Made by a program: the position numbers and the translations under genes
Origin: Bugula neritina
Taxonomy: Eukaryota > Animalia > Bryozoa
Reading direction: 5' to 3'
Assembly (NCBI GenBank): GCA_964035545.1
Contig: OZ037765.1
Coordinates: 13,464,698-13,528,697 of the forward strand
Length of the DNA: 64,000 nt
Shown here: piece after piece, positions 49,699 through 62,854 of the stretch
How the letters are laid out: each line of letters begins with the position of its first letter
Numbering within the stretch: the first letter of the stretch is position 1
The notes under the pieces: generated by a model
What the model was told of the DNA's origin: nothing
The model's database searches: none
The model's input: the letters and a program-made list of their open reading frames with translations, nothing else

Positions 49699-52600
49699 TG
49701 GCACACTCTACTCACACATGTGTAAACAGTGCCTCTGTGGCTTTGATGTATTTATCAAAGAGCACAAAAAATAAGAATTATTTCAAAGTACTAATAAATT
49801 TACATATATCAAATATCACTGAAATGCTGATAGGAAGGCAATAATAAATTGCACGTAAGAGCCTTTCATTATCCGAACATTTAAAATTAAAAAAAATGAG
49901 ATTCAACTTCAAAATAATTAAATTTCAAATGAGTGTGGCAAGTCAACAAAAGTATAGAAGTAAATTTTATGGTTTCAAATAAAGCTAAAACCCAAAAGGC
50001 TAAAATTTGCTAGCTGGTTTTGTATTTTCTTCTATTTGGTAGCACTATTTTAGATGTGTGAAACTGACAAAACATCTTGGTGCAGTCATGCATTTCAACA
50101 TGCAGTTTAATGTCTGTATGTAGAAATGTAGGCAACTGATTTGGCTGTATCAAACACACAAATTAGCCAATAAATTGAACATGTACAACATTTTAGAACC
50201 TGAGAAAGTAGAAACTGAAGTATTTGTGATCGGAACTGGAACATACATGTTTCAAGCCAAGCTATTCAGTTACTTGTGAAAGAAAGATGTACTATTGGTG
50301 ATGGACAGAAGTGCAAGAGAATATTATTAATGAAGATGCTGAAAAAAGAGTGCCACGAAACAAAATGTCAGTTTATTATTAGTATGAAATTAAACCATAC
50401 CGGTGATTACCCAATCAACTACGAGAAGAGAATATCCAATTTTGCATCAATGAGGATTCTTCACTTTCGTTGCAGCTCGCCCACGCATCACATATCTGAG
50501 AATAATACATCAACAGGCACAAATGTAACTTGGCTATATACTAGAATTTATTAAACATAAATCACAAATTCAGGCTTGCCGAAAATTTTAGGTTTACAAT
50601 TATATTAATGATTCAACCATGCAAATTATTTATAGATTGTACCGTGCATGTTCATAATTTGTTAAAATTGAGTGTGAATTTTCACTAAGTAAAAACAAAA
50701 TTATGTTAAATAATGCTACGCAGGAAGTTGGTATAATTTTTATTGGTTCTATACTCACAGAAATTATTGTATATTGCAGCTTTCCATATCGCTTGAGGGT
50801 TGGGACACCAATAAGGATTTTGCCTAGTTGCCATGGCAGCTCCAGACTCTGAATACGTAGTGTCAGGAGCTTTTTGTAGGTGACCCTACTTGTCTGTATG
50901 AGAAAAAGGTTAAGGTGTAAGTGGTGCTCCATAGCCCTGACCTCAGGATTGAACACTCACTGTCACTCACTCTTTCACTGCGCTCACAATCTACTACATC
51001 TCTTCAATACACAATCTCCTGGTCTAACCCCCCTCCCTCCTGATCTCTCTTATAGGCACTTCATACTTCCAATCACACAGACCAACCTAACCTACACATA
51101 TTGCTGCGGGCAGATGGTCTTAACTTGCAGCTGCATATGCTTCCTCATGGCAGGAAGTGTAATTGTAATAATTGTAAAATGTGATAAAAATGGTAATGTT
51201 GACCCTAATACTAAAAGTGTATAAATTAAAAAAAAACATTCAACAGCTAAAATTACATATTTATAGCCTTGAGGAAATTTAACACATCAATCTCACATTG
51301 ACAATGGGAATCTAGACTCAACAAGTTGTGATACTTCACCTATTTATTCTGTAAATTGAACAAAGATAAGCCATGCTTATGCAACTATACAGAATGCATA
51401 TTGCTATGATTAATGCTATAGCCGAGTAGTTCCTTGTAGAGCTTTAGCTGTAGTAATAGAGATTGAAGATATTACATCTGCTAAGAACAGATAACTCTAA
51501 CTTGATCACATTTTGTCTATTACGTTGAGAATCCAAGTAGCCTATCGGCTTCCATCAAGATACAACCAGAGAAAACTGTTATGATCAACGTAACGTAAAG
51601 CACAGCACAAGACTACGTTATTACAGTTATTACTTTTAAATGAATTGCACAAATCATTTTCATAAAGTAACTGATGCTTCTCATAAATCTAGTAGGTCGC
51701 TGCAGTCAAGACTGTTGGATGTGTAGACCGTATCTTTTACTAAGATGTCTCTGAAATCTTAGTGTATGTCTAGCTTGCATATGTGTTGCCAGGGTGTATA
51801 TATTGTAGTAGAATACTACAATGCCTTGTAGCTATTCTTATTTTTTAGCTTTTGCATAGGTCTAGCCAATTGCAGCAGCCATCATTTCGTCCTATGATGA
51901 GCGATGAATATTTATATCCAACCAAGCTAGTAGAATCCTCTATCTTAATTTAGAGCATGGCTATTTGGTATCTGTGACTCCAGCTGAAACTACACTGCAG
52001 GGAGAGCTTTCATAAGGTGTGAGCTAGTGCAAGACCTTTAAGTTTGGGCAAACAATTCTTCAAAAGGTCTTGTTACGTCTCTAGATAACCAAGACATTGC
52101 ATGTCCTCCACAACAAGAAAGGTTTCATTAATACAGCATGCAATAAGCTTATGAGATTCATCTCATAGTCTTTTTAACTAAAATACATTTATTATCTGAA
52201 ATAAAATGACAACTTAGCACAATTGACATGTTGATACTAATGGTTTATGTAAATTAGTAGTAGGCCTATATTACACACCAGTGGTTAAAGTCCAAACAAA
52301 AAAAGTCCACTACAACAAAAAAGCTTCACAGTCTGATAGTCTCATAATTACAGATGCTTTTATCAAATAAAAGTGACATTACACAGTGAAGGCCAAGCAC
52401 ACAAACTTGACTTATAGAAACTTTTTAAAAGATATTTGAAAAATCTACTTTTTTACCGAAAAATGATTTTTAAAACTAGCTAATAGATTTAATTTTGCTA
52501 AAGTATAGGCTCTAAAATGGATAACAGCTGGACTGGAATATTTTTGAACTATTACGGCAGCATGATTAATCATATTACAGCCCTCTGTTATATACTGGAA

Positions 52601-53105
52601 TGAGATTACCATCCTCATGCAATGCACTGCAGAACATAATTCGTTCTGTAGACCATCAAAAATTAGATCAACACAATGCACCATAGCAATAAAAAATGAA
52701 CATTATGTAAAACGTAAGAAATTCATTCAGTATTTAGATATGGATGGAAATTGTTAGATTTTTCAACAAATCCATCAAGCTAAATTCCTAATATATTAAA
52801 AACACATATTTATAGAGAGCAGATAAAATTCTTAACTCTCTCATTTTTCGTCACTCAAGTTTAATCTTGTCAAAATACAAACACAACATTAGACTATATG
52901 GGCCAACTAAAATAAATTGACTGTAAGCTAAGGCACAACATCACAGTAACATATAGAAACTTGCTGTTATGTACAGGAAATGCATTGTTGTGATGTTTCA
53001 CAGGCCACAGCATGCAGGATATCAATTCTGGCAGTGCATAATTGCACCTTGCGTTAATATTTAGAATTTACTATTTGAAATTAATTTACTATTAAAAAAT
53101 AAATT

Positions 53106-53146
53106 GATCCAATCACTTCCTGCAGCCTCCAGGAAGTGATTGGATC
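53106..53146. repeat. Perfect 17-bp inverted repeat with a 7-nt loop
   Basis: gatccaatcacttcctg-cagcctc-caggaagtgattggatc. Confidence 0.9.
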
Positions 53147-53865
53147 TTGTTTTTGTACCACAGAGCTCCTTTGAACAGATAAAAAACTAACTTCTTTCAG
53201 TACATTATACATGGGTCTTTCATCTACATATAAAGCTAATATAATCAAAAGCTCTCATCCACACATTCTTAAACAGGAGATGATGTTTGGTGAAACACTG
53301 TTTGGAGAAGTATCTTATGAAGATAGCAGAAGCCACCAAGTATGTAATTAGCCAAGTATCCTCGATGAGTATAAAACATCACAAGACTGCAGTGTAGCAT
53401 GTTGAATATTATGTAGATTGCTGTAGAATCTATCGGATAATCGTCCTGGTATGCGTTTCTTCGTCTCTATTTTAGCTTGCTCAATTGGATGTCTCTCTTA
53501 GGTTTGGACAACAAACTAGTGAATCTTCAGAAGAATGCCAATAAAACAACAGCTGGTAAATTCATGGTGACATCATTATTATAGAAATATGAAAAAAAAA
53601 GGTTTTGGGAGATAATTTGAATTGATAATTTTTATTTTATAAGTCTAGTAAACTTAGCAAAATCTACATGTTTGCTTTCTAACAGCAAATTTAAGTTGTC
53701 AACTAAAAACCACAATAGTCAATCATTAAAATTATTTTATGTTACAATAGTTCAAGGCTATGTATAATTATTTATAGCTCTTGAACAAGCTCAGCAGTAA
53801 CGTAAATACAATGGCTGCACTAATGTGTTATTTGAACCTCCTTCCAGCAATCAGACCTAAAATTT

Positions 53866-56800
53866 CTATGGATTTACTACAATCGGGGTATCAGCAATGA
53901 GAGTGATGACATCTTGGTCTAGGTTTCTTAATATTGGCCCGATATCCTTGCTTACATTAGGGAATGCTCTTTCAAGATCTTGTGGATTTTGTATGCAGCA
54001 TCTTGCCAGTTGGATGATTAGATGTCCATTATCAGTTAACATCCGGTTTCTCATATTCATTTGCTCTTGATTAATTTTTGATAGCAGAGCTTCAGGTTCT
54101 GTACTTTTAGCCTTACAAAAGCACAAATTCACAAAAATGCAGGTAGCTTTATAGCAAATGCGCAATAAGGGTTTTATTAAAAACATTGCATTGACTTACA
54201 ACCTTTCAATAAATTTCATAGTTAATGGATTATGCAATTTTTTCTCCTCAACAGGGAAAAGGAAATTAATTGTATCACTATGAGTCGGTTACTGTGAAAA
54301 TCTATGCCTAGCAACACTTACCAAAGCCTTTTGATACTGCCCAATCAAAATGATTCCAGTTAAAGTTTCGTGAACAAATGCCAGAAACGGATCGGAAAAC
54401 ATCTGAAAACATTTACACCATTTATACATGAGCATTACACTCTCATCTTGGTAATTAAAGTTTCACCAGAAAGAATGAGATTGTAAAATAACTGAAATAA
54501 TCACAGCACCGGCACTATCAATATCCGTGTTCTTACCTTATTGACAGAAGCTCCTGGAGATGCATGACGTGAGGTGCGACGTGATGGCATATTAGCAGAT
54601 CTTGAAGATCTGCTTCGACGCCTAGGAGATTTAGATCTACCAAATCTATGGCTTTCAGAATCCTTGTTTGGTTCAGATCTACAGAAATCTTGCTCACCGT
54701 CTCTGCCATTTCCACCTCTGTTGCTTTTACGCTGAGGCCCCAAACGACCTAAAACTGACTTGGATTTTGAAGCTTCTCCAAAATTACCAGAACTTCTTTT
54801 TGTAGATTGTGACATTTGGGTGGTAGAAGTGATAAGAGGAGTATTGACACAAATCCCCTTTTCCATTTCCTCTCGATCTTGAAATCTATTTTCTACCGCT
54901 AGCAACTTTTTAGATGTTGAAACAGAGCTGTTAGGTGAATTACTAGAACTCTCTGGAAAAATTCCACCATAATTTTGAAGAGAATCAATTTTTTCTGAAG
55001 AATTTACAGAGCCTTCTAATCTGTAAACAGAATCCAGTTGAGAAAGTCTACCATCCTTCACTTCCAACACCAAACTCTTCTGTTCTAGGGAACTATGTGG
55101 GCCGTGAGAAGTTGAGGTTGAACTTGTTATTTCAGTAGAAGTGGTTAAAGGTTGCTCATCAGAAGATGTTGCCATCCTCACATTGTCATTACTTTCCTTA
55201 ACTGCAGCTTTGGCCTGGTTAATTTTATTGGCAGAATCCAGAAGTTGCCTTGCTATTTCATTTACATCGCATGATTCTGTTCCTTTGAATTCATCTATAT
55301 CAAATCTGGTGCAATCTTTGTCACGAGCAGTACTTCCTTCACTAAAATTGCTTGGCACGTCCTTTGCTTGTGAAATGAATGTAGAACCAGAATCCTTAGC
55401 ATCAACCAACACAGGTTCGCTTTCTTCAGGCGATTTATCTACTAAAAAGCTTTTCTCTTTAGTGTCAACAGACTTAGGAGCATAGTTTTGTGGTTTTGTG
55501 TCAACTTGATACTGTGGTGACTCTGGCATCTGATGAAATTTATTGGACTCTTGAAATGACCTAGAATCTTTTAGTGGTGTTGGTTGCATTTTTAGAGGAG
55601 ATCTTGATTTTCTCATTCTTGGATCTTTTCTTGGCTCGTTTGAATATCTATGTGGTGACCGTGACCTATGACGTGAATGAACTCTTGTTCCTGGTGATAG
55701 CCTTCGTGGTGATCTTGATATCCTTCTTGGTGATCTTGATAGTCTTCTTGGTGATCTTGATAGTCTTCGTGGTGATCTTGATATCCTTTGTGGTGATCTT
55801 GACAGCCTTCGTGGTGACCTTGACAGCCTTCGTGGTGACCTTGATAGTCTTCGTGGTGATTTTGATAGCCTTCGTGGTGATCTTGACAGCCTTCGTGGTG
55901 ATCTTGACTTTCTTAAAGGTGACCTTGATGCATGAGTTGACATATATCTATGTGCTGCAGCATTCCTGGGTGGAGACTTTGAAATCCTTCTTGGAGAACG
56001 CAATCTTCTTTTTACAGGAGAATTAGATCGAGATGACTTGGAAGAAAACTGAGAGTTCAGATGTTCTGCTTTAGTCACTCTGTTAAAATCAGGATCTGGT
56101 CCAGGAGAGCCTCGATCAATTCTTAACGTGAGGCCTTCGCGCAAATCTTCTGGCTTAGCAACTTTAGTATAATAAAATTCAAAATGGGGATCCTCTTCAA
56201 AAAAATCTCTGTACGACCTCAGATATTCCTTTTGCATTTCCAAAACAATTTCTGGATTAGTTGCAACACAGCTGTAATACTTGTGATAATACTTTTGCCA
56301 AGTTGACTCAATCCGTTTGGTAAGTATATCTCTAGATTTATTGTCTATAATGCGAGGTATCAATCTTTTTCTTTTTGCACCTGGCTCCTTTTCTTTGTAA
56401 CTTTGGGCAGAATCTTGGGGCTTATGACCTTCGTTTCCTTGTTCTGGCAGAGCTAATTTCGAAGTGCGATGACTAGCATCAGAAAAGTGGGCTTTTCGAC
56501 TTTCTTCATCTTTCCTCCGAAATATTTCAGGGGATCTATCTTTTGAATGCAGCCTTCGTTCATGAACAGCAGGATAATCAGGGTTTTTAAGCATTGCTAG
56601 CACAGCTGCTTTAGATTTTTCTGATTCTTTACTATGGTTAGAGGCGTACGCATGAGGTGATTGTAGTTCATTTCCAACGGTTGATGTAGACCGAATTGAA
56701 TGAACTATTTCCTATAAAGCACACGCATATGTATACTGTCAATACATACAAAACCCATAAATCAACTATTGCAGAAAAACGGAAACACCCTTACATTTGG

Positions 56801-58339
56801 CATGTATTTTAAACAAATGAAAAGATTTGTTGAAGAAACACCGAAATTTTAAGTTAGATGCTGAGTCAACATTACTCTACAATATATTGCCTCAATAAAT
56901 CATGCATATTAACTCATAACATAAAAAGCTTAAAATAAAGAAAGTAGATGCAACAAAAAGCGTACTGCATACCTGCAGCTTGCTTCTGTTGCGCAGCGCC
57001 AGGTTTTGCCCATCTGAACCTGTTGGAATACAAATATTAGCCTTTAGATTATTTACTCATAAAAAGTGAAATTCGTTTCCAGCCATCAGATCCTTGCATA
57101 AGATGATGACATGCGAAGTCAGCACATATTCATTAATGACCACAGGTAACATAAGATATACATTAGTGATGGTTTGCACTGTTGCATATTAGAAGAATGA
57201 ACATAAGTAAGTTATTCACAACGTCTGATAACTATACATGTATACAGTAACAGCATTGAAGGATGAAATGCTGATGCTGATTAGTTTATTATTTAAACTA
57301 GTCTAACAAAGAAGCTAGAGAAAAATACCTTGTTGAGGCCGACTCGAGTTTTCGGATAGTTGGAAAGGCTCTCTGGTCTGATAGTTTTTTCTACTTTCAA
57401 CATATCTTTGCATGTCTCCTATAAAAAATCCATGTTGACACAAACTTAAAAAAACATTTCAATTACAACAAAATAACTAACAAAAAATATACATACCCTG
57501 ATAGCAAGGAATTATTACAGTATTGATATAATTGATTAGAATCAAAATTTAATAAAGTAAAATAATTTTAAAAATATCTTAAGGCTTTAAAAACTTCCTA
57601 TATATAATAAGTATACTAAGCTAATTACTACCCACCAAATGACTACACCGTAAGATAATAAATACACACCTCTGTCATAATGTGAGCTGGCTGCCTGTTT
57701 ATCATAATACAGATTTTGATTCTCGTTTAAAGGTCTTCCATATTCATTGATGATTGGATTTTCTACAACATCAATTGAAAACATACATTATTTTCACAAA
57801 AATAACTAAATTAGCTCAATACCTTCAACATTAAGAATTAGTCACTTTGCTATGTTGTAATGGGAAACTAATAATGAAACAATATTACATTACCAAAGTT
57901 CTTCCAGTGAGTTTTATGTATTAATTTGATACCATTCATTATCATTCAGATTTATTTGCAAAAGTATTGAATCGTGATAACAATGTATACCTTGCAATAG
58001 CAGGAGAGGGCATGGAAAGGTTGAACATGATTAAAGAAATATTGTGCTATATAGCGTAGCAAGTAGTTGGGTTGTAATAAATACGTGAAAAAAATTCAAA
58101 GCTAAAATAGAATATAAACATTCAGCAACAAAAATTGGATATGATAAAGTCTAGCTCTGTGGTATTGAAAGAACACCAATTAGTTCTTGATGGTTCAGAA
58201 TATGATCAATTGACTATAAATCTTAAAAAAATTTATAACTGTTTCAATTTTGTAAATTAATACATAGTTTACAAACCTGAAAAATTTGTCAGTGATTTCT
58301 GAGGCATATATCCACCATCGTGTCGTACGACAGGGCCAT
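53866..58339 (-). CDS. Large Ser/Arg-rich (RSPRRLS-repeat) protein, 3' exons only; 5' exons not located
   Basis: Phase-compatible exons 58277-58339, 57670-57762, 57329-57418, 56973-57019, 54537-56711, 54322-54402, 53866-54111 (the last uses an AAG acceptor). The 2.2-kb open exon carries RS/SP repeats; short helical-looking C-terminal domain. Confidence 0.72.
55690..55930 (-). repeat. Coding 21-bp minisatellite encoding (SRSPRRL/I)n
   Basis: About 10 units of gatcttgayagycttcgtggt on the + strand. Confidence 0.9.
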
Positions 58340-58478
58340 CTACAAATGTAAAGTAAATAAATTGTCACAATTGTGAATAATTGCAACTGAAAGAACAGGA
58401 TCAGATACAGGTGAAGAGAAGATTTATTGCAAATATTATTCTAAATTGATTAAAATAACTATCAATCTTGGAACTTGA

Positions 58479-58623
58479 TGTGTGATTGGTGCGTAAGAGT
58501 ACAACAACGTTGGATTGAGTCTAAGCTGATAATTATCGTGATTTATTTCAATTCTAGCTAGTAGGAAAATCCCCGAGCTCAACGAGTCTCGCGGTGAATA
58601 ATAGCGAGTCAAACAACACAACA
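58479..58623 (-). repeat. 3' LTR
   Basis: Identical to 62855-62999. AATAAA on the minus strand at 58542-58547. Confidence 0.95.
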
Positions 58624-58777
58624 TCCCCCTTTCTAAGTGGGTTACAAAAAACATTTATATGTAATCACGTATGCTATTAATTAAGATTGACAATAGTAAG
58701 AAAAAACATGACAATATGTATTTTTATGATTGTTCCATAGAAGGCACGAGTGTCTCCGTGGTTAGATCGTCTGGATG

Positions 58778-61700
58778 TTAATTCATCACATAGTCATCAA
58801 ATCTCCGGGGCAATCTTCGCTCTCTGGATAGAGCACCAAACCTACCCGGAACCGTTGGACTGGCTGTATGGGCCAAAGACGTACCCGAGCCCTCTGCGAC
58901 CAATGTTCCGGGTGCCTGCGTTCCTGATGGATTGGCTTTTTTGTTAGCTTTTGGACCAAGCACCTCTGCACCCATAGGAACCGGCGGAGGAGCTTTTGGT
59001 TCGAGCACCACGGGGTCCTCTTCCCGAAGATCTACCAACGCACTTCTGTTTCGGCGTATAACTCCTGTTTCAGTTTTAACCGTGTATGAGTGTGGAGCTA
59101 CACTTGCCAGAACTGTGCCCCGTTTCTTAGTGTCTCTGACATAGACGGGTGAACCTTGAGAAAGTTCAGGCAACAGAGTGGCTTTGTGCCGTTGGTTGTA
59201 GTTATTCATGGTCCTTAGATTTATGTGTTGTTCCTTCTCAGCAATGTCTGGTGGCTTGTGAACCACTCGGGTTTCAGGCATGGAGGGTAGGGTAGTTCGA
59301 AGTAGCCTGTTCATCAAAAGTTCTGAAGGAGTGAATCCGTTTTCGAGTGGAGTAGCTCTATAGGTTAGTAGGCTTAGGTATGGATCTGTAGTTTTGCTCC
59401 ACAGACGCTTTACTGTTCCTACCGCTCTCTCAGCTTCGCCATTGGCTTTTGGATATCTTGGAGAGCTGGTCACGTGTTGAAAACCATAACTCTGGGCAAA
59501 TTCTTGGAACTCCCTAGAGCTGAACTGAGGTCCATTGTCAGAAATGACTACCTCGGGGATTCCATGAGTTGAGAAGATGGATTTAACTTTGTCCACAGTG
59601 AATGCTGAAGACAGTGAGTCTAATCTCCTAACTTCTATGTATCTGCTATGATAATCGACCACTAACAGATAGTTCTTTTTCTGGAACTCGAACAGGTCTG
59701 CACCTAACTTTATCCAGGGTTTAGATGGCAAGGTGGATGGCTGCAGAGGCTCTACCGAGGTCGGTGAGTTAATTCTGCACTGTCGACACCCCTGTACCAT
59801 TTCCTTTATTTGTTTAGACATTCCCGGCCACCAGATATCTCTTCTGGCTCTTGCCTGGCATTTTACTATTCCTTGATGGGCCTGGTGAATGCGGTCAAGC
59901 AGTTTTAGTCTTAGGTTGCTAGGGATGACTAGCCGCTGATCATATAAGAGAAGGCCTTTAGATTGTGTCAAATGTCCTTTGACATCCCAGTAAGGGTGTA
60001 CTGCTGTGTGGGCATCTGTTTTATATGTAGGCCATCCTTTTATGATGAGATTCTGGACCTCTTGGCACACAGCATCTAATTGTTGTGCCTCCTTGATTTC
60101 TTCGATCATCGGATCTATCGAAGGTATAATGGAAGTGCTAGCTTCTAGCTCTTCAACTAGCATCACATCTATGCGAGATGGTATACCAGAGGGTGCTCGC
60201 GACAATGCATCTGCTATGTGGTTGCGAGACCCTGGGATATACTCTATTTTTGGAGCATACCTCATGAGCCGCAGTCTCAATCGGAGAATCCTGGCTGGCA
60301 CTTGGTCTAAGTCTTTTACACCCATAAGCCTAACCAAAGGCTTGTGATCCGTCTCTAGAGTGAAAGGTAATCCTCTTAAAAACTGATCAAGCTTGTTGCA
60401 TGCCCAAGCCATTGCCAATGCCTCCTTTTCTATTGCGGCGTAATTTTGTTCCACTGAGGTTAAAGACCTTGATGCATAGTATACTGGCCTCCTTGTCCCA
60501 TCCTTTTGTATTTGAAACATAGCAGCTCCAAGTCCAGTGTTGCTAGCATCAGTGGCAACAATTGTTTTCAGCTTGGGATCATAGTGTGCTATGACCTGAG
60601 CAGACATCAGTGTTTGCTTTACCTTTTGGAAAGCTTCCTCTTGAGGTTGATTCCATGTCCAAGCCTTACTTTCCTTCAGTAACTCTCTCATGGGAGCTGT
60701 GATTTCAGACAGGTGAGGGATAAACTTAGCTAGCTGATTCAGCATACCATTTAGTCGTCTCAACTCTGTCTTACAGGTAGGGGCTGGAAAGTCACGTATT
60801 GATGCGACTTTATCCGGGTCAGGGCTGACTCCTTTAGCATCTATAATGTGGCCTAAAAACTTCACTTGAGCTTGGCCAATCTCACACTTGTCTTCATTCA
60901 ATGTGAGTCCTGCTTCTTCCAGTCTGCTTAAAACCAGCTTTAAGGTTTTATCGTGGCTTTCTGCATCTTTACCATGAACTAGAATATCGTCCATGTGGCA
61001 GATGACATTCTCTATGTCGCCTAGTAGTCTGCACATAGCTCGAGAAAAGATCTCCGGTGCACTAGATATGCCAAATGGAAGTCTGTTGAAACAGAACCGG
61101 CCAAAAGGTGTGAGGAAGGTAGTCAGTTTTCTTGACTCCTTGTCCAAGTGTATTTGCCAGAACCCACTATTGGCATCCAGCTTTAAGAAGATTTTACTTG
61201 CCCCCAACAGTCCAATACTTTCATCGACTGCTGGCATTGGATAGATTTCCCTTCTAACTGCTTTATTCAGGCCAGTCAGGTCCACACAGACGCGTACATC
61301 TCCTGATGGTTTGAGGACTGGGACCATTCCACTACACCACTCTGTAGCTTCTGTTACGGGAGAGATAACTCCTTGTTGTGCCATCTCATCTAGCTTTTTC
61401 TTGGTTTTGTCTCGTAATGGAATGGGAATTTTCATTGGAGTGTAGATGCATGTTGGCTGGTAATCTGGAATTAGTGATATTCTGTATGAGTATCCCTTGA
61501 GTGCTCCAAGGCCTTTAAATAGCTTTGAGAAGTCTGTGTGAATGTCTTTGGTTATTTCCCCTTGCTGCTTTACTTGGCATGTTATCAGTCCTAACTTTTC
61601 ACAAGCAGTTCTACTGAGTAGAGAGGTTGACTGATTTTGAATTACGTAGGCTGTCTCCTTGTACTTTTGACTTTTATATTGAAGATCTGCCTCAAAAGTT

Positions 61701-62830
61701 CCTAAGACTTGGAGTTGCTTTCCTCCAGGTCCATATAAGCGGACTCCTGTAGTTTGCAGTGAAATAGTAGACAGCCACGGTAGTTTGTCACTGACTACTG
61801 TGCCATCTGCACCTGTATCGAGCTTGAAAGTAGTACAGTTACCATTTACTGCTACTTCGGCTTTCCAAGCATCCACAGTTAGGTTTTCTATTTTGAACTC
61901 TCCTGTGAACATTATACCGTCGTCATTACTTGCTTCGGTCACCTCCTGGATGGATCTACTTCTGCATTGCCGCTGGAAGTGGCCCACTTTCTTGCACTTC
62001 CTGCATTGAGCATCCTTAGCTGGGCATTCCGCTTTTGAATGTGGTTCCCTACCGCACCTTTTACAAGAATCCTGGCTGTTTGTAGGCTTGTACATCTGAG
62101 AGTTAACTGGCAGCTGGACAGCATCTCCCTGCTTGCGTGTATTACTTGGTTTGCTTTGCTTATATTTAGGGTAGCTGCTTTGTGCTTTACTTATAGCATC
62201 TACAGACCCTGAGCTTGCTCCTTTTGTTACACTTTGCATCACAGTTGAAGTGACTTCACTGCTCCTACAAATACGTACTGCCTGGTCTAGCGTTAAAGTG
62301 TTACCTTGAGAAATCAATTTCTTTCTAAGAGAGTCATCTCTAATTCCTAAAACAATTCGATCTCTCAGCATCTCATCAAATGGTGCTGGTGCCTCATCAG
62401 TGGCAGGTCGGTAATTAAATCCACATTTATCTGCTAGCGCACGTAATTCTGAGTAAAAAGCATCAAAATTCTCTCCTTGTAATTGACACCTTGTATTAAA
62501 TTTATAACGTTCGTGCACTATATTTCGTTCTCCTACACAGTATTGCTCCAAAATGTCTATTATCGCTGCTAGACTCTTATCATTCTGATATTTGTGACTT
62601 GACTCTACCACTCGGCATGCATCATCACCAATTGTATATAATAGCAATGCTCTCTGGTACTCATCACTTTCCTCCGAAAGTCTAGACAGAATGTAAAACG
62701 ACTGCCACCGGCTTTTAAATCTTCTGAAGTTTTGCTCACGCTCACAATTCAAAACGATCTCACCTGGTGGTTCGATTCTGGGTGCATTCCTATGCACAAT
62801 TATTTGTTGCTGAACTTCTTCATCGCCCAT
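58778..62830 (-). CDS. Gag-Pol polyprotein, single uninterrupted ORF, 1350 aa
   Basis: Two zinc knuckles (CKRCGREPHSKAEC, CRKCKKVGHFQRQC), protease LDTGA, RT (KLDANSGFWQI, RLPFGISSAPE, HMDD), RNase H (TDASNTGLGA, EKEALA, TDHKPL), integrase (H..H..C..C, VVDYHS, SDNGPQF, NGEAERAV) in PR-RT-RH-IN order. Confidence 0.97.
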   Translation of the reverse strand: MGDEEVQQQIIVHRNAPRIEPPGEIVLNCEREQNFRRFKSRWQSFYILSRLSEESDEYQRALLLYTIGDDACRVVESSHKYQNDKSLAAIIDILEQYCVGERNIVHERYKFNTRCQLQGENFDAFYSELRALADKCGFNYRPATDEAPAPFDEMLRDRIVLGIRDDSLRKKLISQGNTLTLDQAVRICRSSEVTSTVMQSVTKGASSGSVDAISKAQSSYPKYKQSKPSNTRKQGDAVQLPVNSQMYKPTNSQDSCKRCGREPHSKAECPAKDAQCRKCKKVGHFQRQCRSRSIQEVTEASNDDGIMFTGEFKIENLTVDAWKAEVAVNGNCTTFKLDTGADGTVVSDKLPWLSTISLQTTGVRLYGPGGKQLQVLGTFEADLQYKSQKYKETAYVIQNQSTSLLSRTACEKLGLITCQVKQQGEITKDIHTDFSKLFKGLGALKGYSYRISLIPDYQPTCIYTPMKIPIPLRDKTKKKLDEMAQQGVISPVTEATEWCSGMVPVLKPSGDVRVCVDLTGLNKAVRREIYPMPAVDESIGLLGASKIFLKLDANSGFWQIHLDKESRKLTTFLTPFGRFCFNRLPFGISSAPEIFSRAMCRLLGDIENVICHMDDILVHGKDAESHDKTLKLVLSRLEEAGLTLNEDKCEIGQAQVKFLGHIIDAKGVSPDPDKVASIRDFPAPTCKTELRRLNGMLNQLAKFIPHLSEITAPMRELLKESKAWTWNQPQEEAFQKVKQTLMSAQVIAHYDPKLKTIVATDASNTGLGAAMFQIQKDGTRRPVYYASRSLTSVEQNYAAIEKEALAMAWACNKLDQFLRGLPFTLETDHKPLVRLMGVKDLDQVPARILRLRLRLMRYAPKIEYIPGSRNHIADALSRAPSGIPSRIDVMLVEELEASTSIIPSIDPMIEEIKEAQQLDAVCQEVQNLIIKGWPTYKTDAHTAVHPYWDVKGHLTQSKGLLLYDQRLVIPSNLRLKLLDRIHQAHQGIVKCQARARRDIWWPGMSKQIKEMVQGCRQCRINSPTSVEPLQPSTLPSKPWIKLGADLFEFQKKNYLLVVDYHSRYIEVRRLDSLSSAFTVDKVKSIFSTHGIPEVVISDNGPQFSSREFQEFAQSYGFQHVTSSPRYPKANGEAERAVGTVKRLWSKTTDPYLSLLTYRATPLENGFTPSELLMNRLLRTTLPSMPETRVVHKPPDIAEKEQHINLRTMNNYNQRHKATLLPELSQGSPVYVRDTKKRGTVLASVAPHSYTVKTETGVIRRNRSALVDLREEDPVVLEPKAPPPVPMGAEVLGPKANKKANPSGTQAPGTLVAEGSGTSLAHTASPTVPGRFGALSRERRLPRRFDDYVMN

Positions 62831-62854
62831 TATTAGTTTTAACTGCTGCCACCA

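Noticed and set aside
51880-51910. Hammerhead ribozyme (GGACGAAA on the minus strand)
   Set aside because: No correctly placed CUGANGA core or stems.
55574-56026. 150-aa hydrophobic 'membrane protein' ORF
   Set aside because: Antisense shadow of the RSPRRLS minisatellite.
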